Assembly (NCBI GenBank): GCA_963783575.1
Contig: CAWAOD010000012.1
Coordinates: forward strand, 25,732-89,731
Direction of reading: 5' to 3'
Length of the DNA stretch: 64,000 bases
Origin: an uncultured Spirochaetota bacterium
GTDB taxonomy: Bacteria > Spirochaetota > Brevinematia > Brevinematales > JAOACQ01
Positions 62,272 through 64,000 of the stretch are shown here, in pieces. The translations under genes were made by a program, and so were the position numbers. Below the pieces are notes generated by a model. It was not told where the DNA came from. It ran no database searches and saw only the letters and a program-made list of their open reading frames with translations. Position 1 is the stretch's first letter, and the number at the start of each line of letters is the position of its first letter.

Positions 62272-63962
62272 CAGACTGTGTGAAAACACAGTAAATATGC
62301 TATAATTATTAGAACAAAAATAATCGGAGTAAAAGATGAAGCATATTGAGGGAGAATCAAGGGATCAGATAGTTCTGTTCAATGAAACACTGGAAGATCT
62401 GTTAGGAGAAGAAGATCCGGTAAGGTTTATAGATATTTTTGTTGATAAGCTAAATATGAAAGGAGTTGGTTTTAAAGTAAAAGAAGCATCAACCGGCAGA
62501 AGTTCATATAAATCCGAAATACTTTTAAAAATCTATATTTACGGATATTTGAATAAAATCAGGACAAGCAGGAAATTAGAGAGAGAGTGCCGAAGAAACA
62601 CAGAGTTGATGTGGCTGACTGGACGACTAGCGCCGGATTTCAAGACGATTGCCGACTTCAGGAAAGATAATAAGAAGGGAATACAGTCGATATTCAGAGA
62701 ATTTTTGAAGATATGTCATAAAGCCGGGCTTTTATCATTTGACGTGGTTGGAATAGATGGAACCAAGATCAGTGCGCAAAACCACAATAACAATGTTTAT
62801 CATAGGAAAAACATAGAAGAAATCATACATAGAATAGATCAAAAAATCGAAGAATATTTGAATGAGATGGATAAGAACGATAAGGAAGAAAAGAATGAAT
62901 TTGAATTTCTTTCCGGAAAGATAGCGGAACGTTTAAAGAAAATGAAAACAAAAAAGGATAAAGTTGAGGCTATTAAAAAGATTTTTGAGGGAAATCCTGA
63001 AATGGAGAAATATTATTCAAATGACCCGGAAAGCCGGTTTATGAATGATAAAGGGAAATCCGACATTGCATATAATCTGCAGATGGCAGTAGATGATGCT
63101 AATAAACTGATTGTGGCGATTGATGTGACGAATGAAAACAATGATATCAAACAGATGGCAGGAATGTGTGACCGAGTAGAAGAAATAAAGGACGAGCTTA
63201 AGGTAGAGACTGAAACGGTCAAAGTATCGGATGCCGGTTATTACAGCGAACCGCAGATACTGGAATGTATAGATAAGGGACATAACGTATATATGCCGAA
63301 TCCGGATGACGGACATAAGGCAAGGATTCGAGGCAAAGAAGATAATAAAGGAGTACCTGCTGAAGAATACCAGGTTGATAAATTCAAATATGATCCGGGA
63401 CAAAATGTTTATTATTGTCCGGAGGGAAACCCATTAGTGAGAAATGGGAAAAAAGTAGAGAAGGTCAATGGAGGAAAAGAGATAGTCAGGTACAAGTGCG
63501 GCTTATGCAGCCAATGTGAAGTAAGAAATAAGTGTACTGAAAGCGTGGAAGGACGAAGTATCAAAGTACCAGTTAGAAAAGAAGAAATTGAGAACTTCAA
63601 GAGGAAAATTCGTTCTGAAGCCGGGAAAAAGATCATAGAGAAAAGGAAAGAGATATGTGAACATCCATTTGGATCGATAAAAAGGAATATGGGTTACAGT
63701 TATTTTTTAATGAAGGGAAAGGATGGCGTTCTGACGGAATCCAGTTTGGCAGGATTCATTCATAATTTAATAAAAGTATTGAATATATTGGGAATAAAGA
63801 GACTTATGACTCTGGTTTGATGCTAATAAACCATCGTTTATCGTTTTCGGATAGATTTTTTAAACTAAGATTTTTTTAGCTTGAAAAATATATCAAAAAA
63901 TGGAGTTTTTGTATAATTAATCGATTTTACTATAAAATTTTACTGAGTTTTCACACAGTCTG
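62272..63962 (+). mobile_element. IS1182-family insertion sequence, 1691 bp
   Basis: 24-bp TIRs CAGACTGTGTGAAAAC(A/T)CAGTAAA with 1 mismatch; CAA duplicated on both sides (62269-62271, 63963-63965). Confidence 0.92.
62336..63820 (+). CDS. IS1182-family DDE transposase
   Basis: LLKIYIYGY...SRKLE, PDFKTIADFRK, IDGTKI, DPESR, YNLQ, DAGY, CPEG, CEHPFGSIKR. Confidence 0.94.
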   Translation: MKHIEGESRDQIVLFNETLEDLLGEEDPVRFIDIFVDKLNMKGVGFKVKEASTGRSSYKSEILLKIYIYGYLNKIRTSRKLERECRRNTELMWLTGRLAPDFKTIADFRKDNKKGIQSIFREFLKICHKAGLLSFDVVGIDGTKISAQNHNNNVYHRKNIEEIIHRIDQKIEEYLNEMDKNDKEEKNEFEFLSGKIAERLKKMKTKKDKVEAIKKIFEGNPEMEKYYSNDPESRFMNDKGKSDIAYNLQMAVDDANKLIVAIDVTNENNDIKQMAGMCDRVEEIKDELKVETETVKVSDAGYYSEPQILECIDKGHNVYMPNPDDGHKARIRGKEDNKGVPAEEYQVDKFKYDPGQNVYYCPEGNPLVRNGKKVEKVNGGKEIVRYKCGLCSQCEVRNKCTESVEGRSIKVPVRKEEIENFKRKIRSEAGKKIIEKRKEICEHPFGSIKRNMGYSYFLMKGKDGVLTESSLAGFIHNLIKVLNILGIKRLMTLV

Positions 63963-64000
63963 CAAGCTCAGGGTGACTTTTGTGGAGTTTTTGGAACTGC

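Overview
AT-rich bacterial chromosome segment. The gene mix (chemoreceptors, lipoproteins, lnt/lolA, and a Pro-Arg-His-Arg-Lys-Leu tRNA operon) suggests a diderm anaerobe, plausibly a spirochaete (inference). Most of the window is housekeeping: folP, birA, nnr, gpmA, gpmI, thiL, mgsA, hisC, pyrE, rsfS, purA, hisZ, lnt, argG, panE and plsC, plus 8 tRNAs, a TolC-MarR-EmrAB efflux operon, two ABC systems and a complete IS1182-family element. Most notable: (1) a chemoreceptor whose cytoplasmic coiled coil is interrupted by a circularly permuted RbsB/LacI-type sugar-binding domain; (2) an accessory four-gene cassette (papain-like C1 peptidase, secreted AT-rich protein, SLATT 2TM effector, alpha/beta hydrolase) behind a perfect sigma70 promoter that is followed at once by a terminator hairpin; (3) a 90-91 bp tandem array of tRNA-Lys 5'-half copies inside the tRNA operon; (4) a membrane LuxR regulator with an inverted-repeat operator upstream of an unannotated 59-aa ORF, a divergent acyltransferase-like gene and an atypical receiver; (5) an unannotated 44-aa ORF with its own promoter and RBS; (6) the IS1182 sits inside a REP-like hairpin. 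Four genes carry apparent single-base frameshifts, possibly assembly errors. All calls come from reading motifs by eye; no searches were run.
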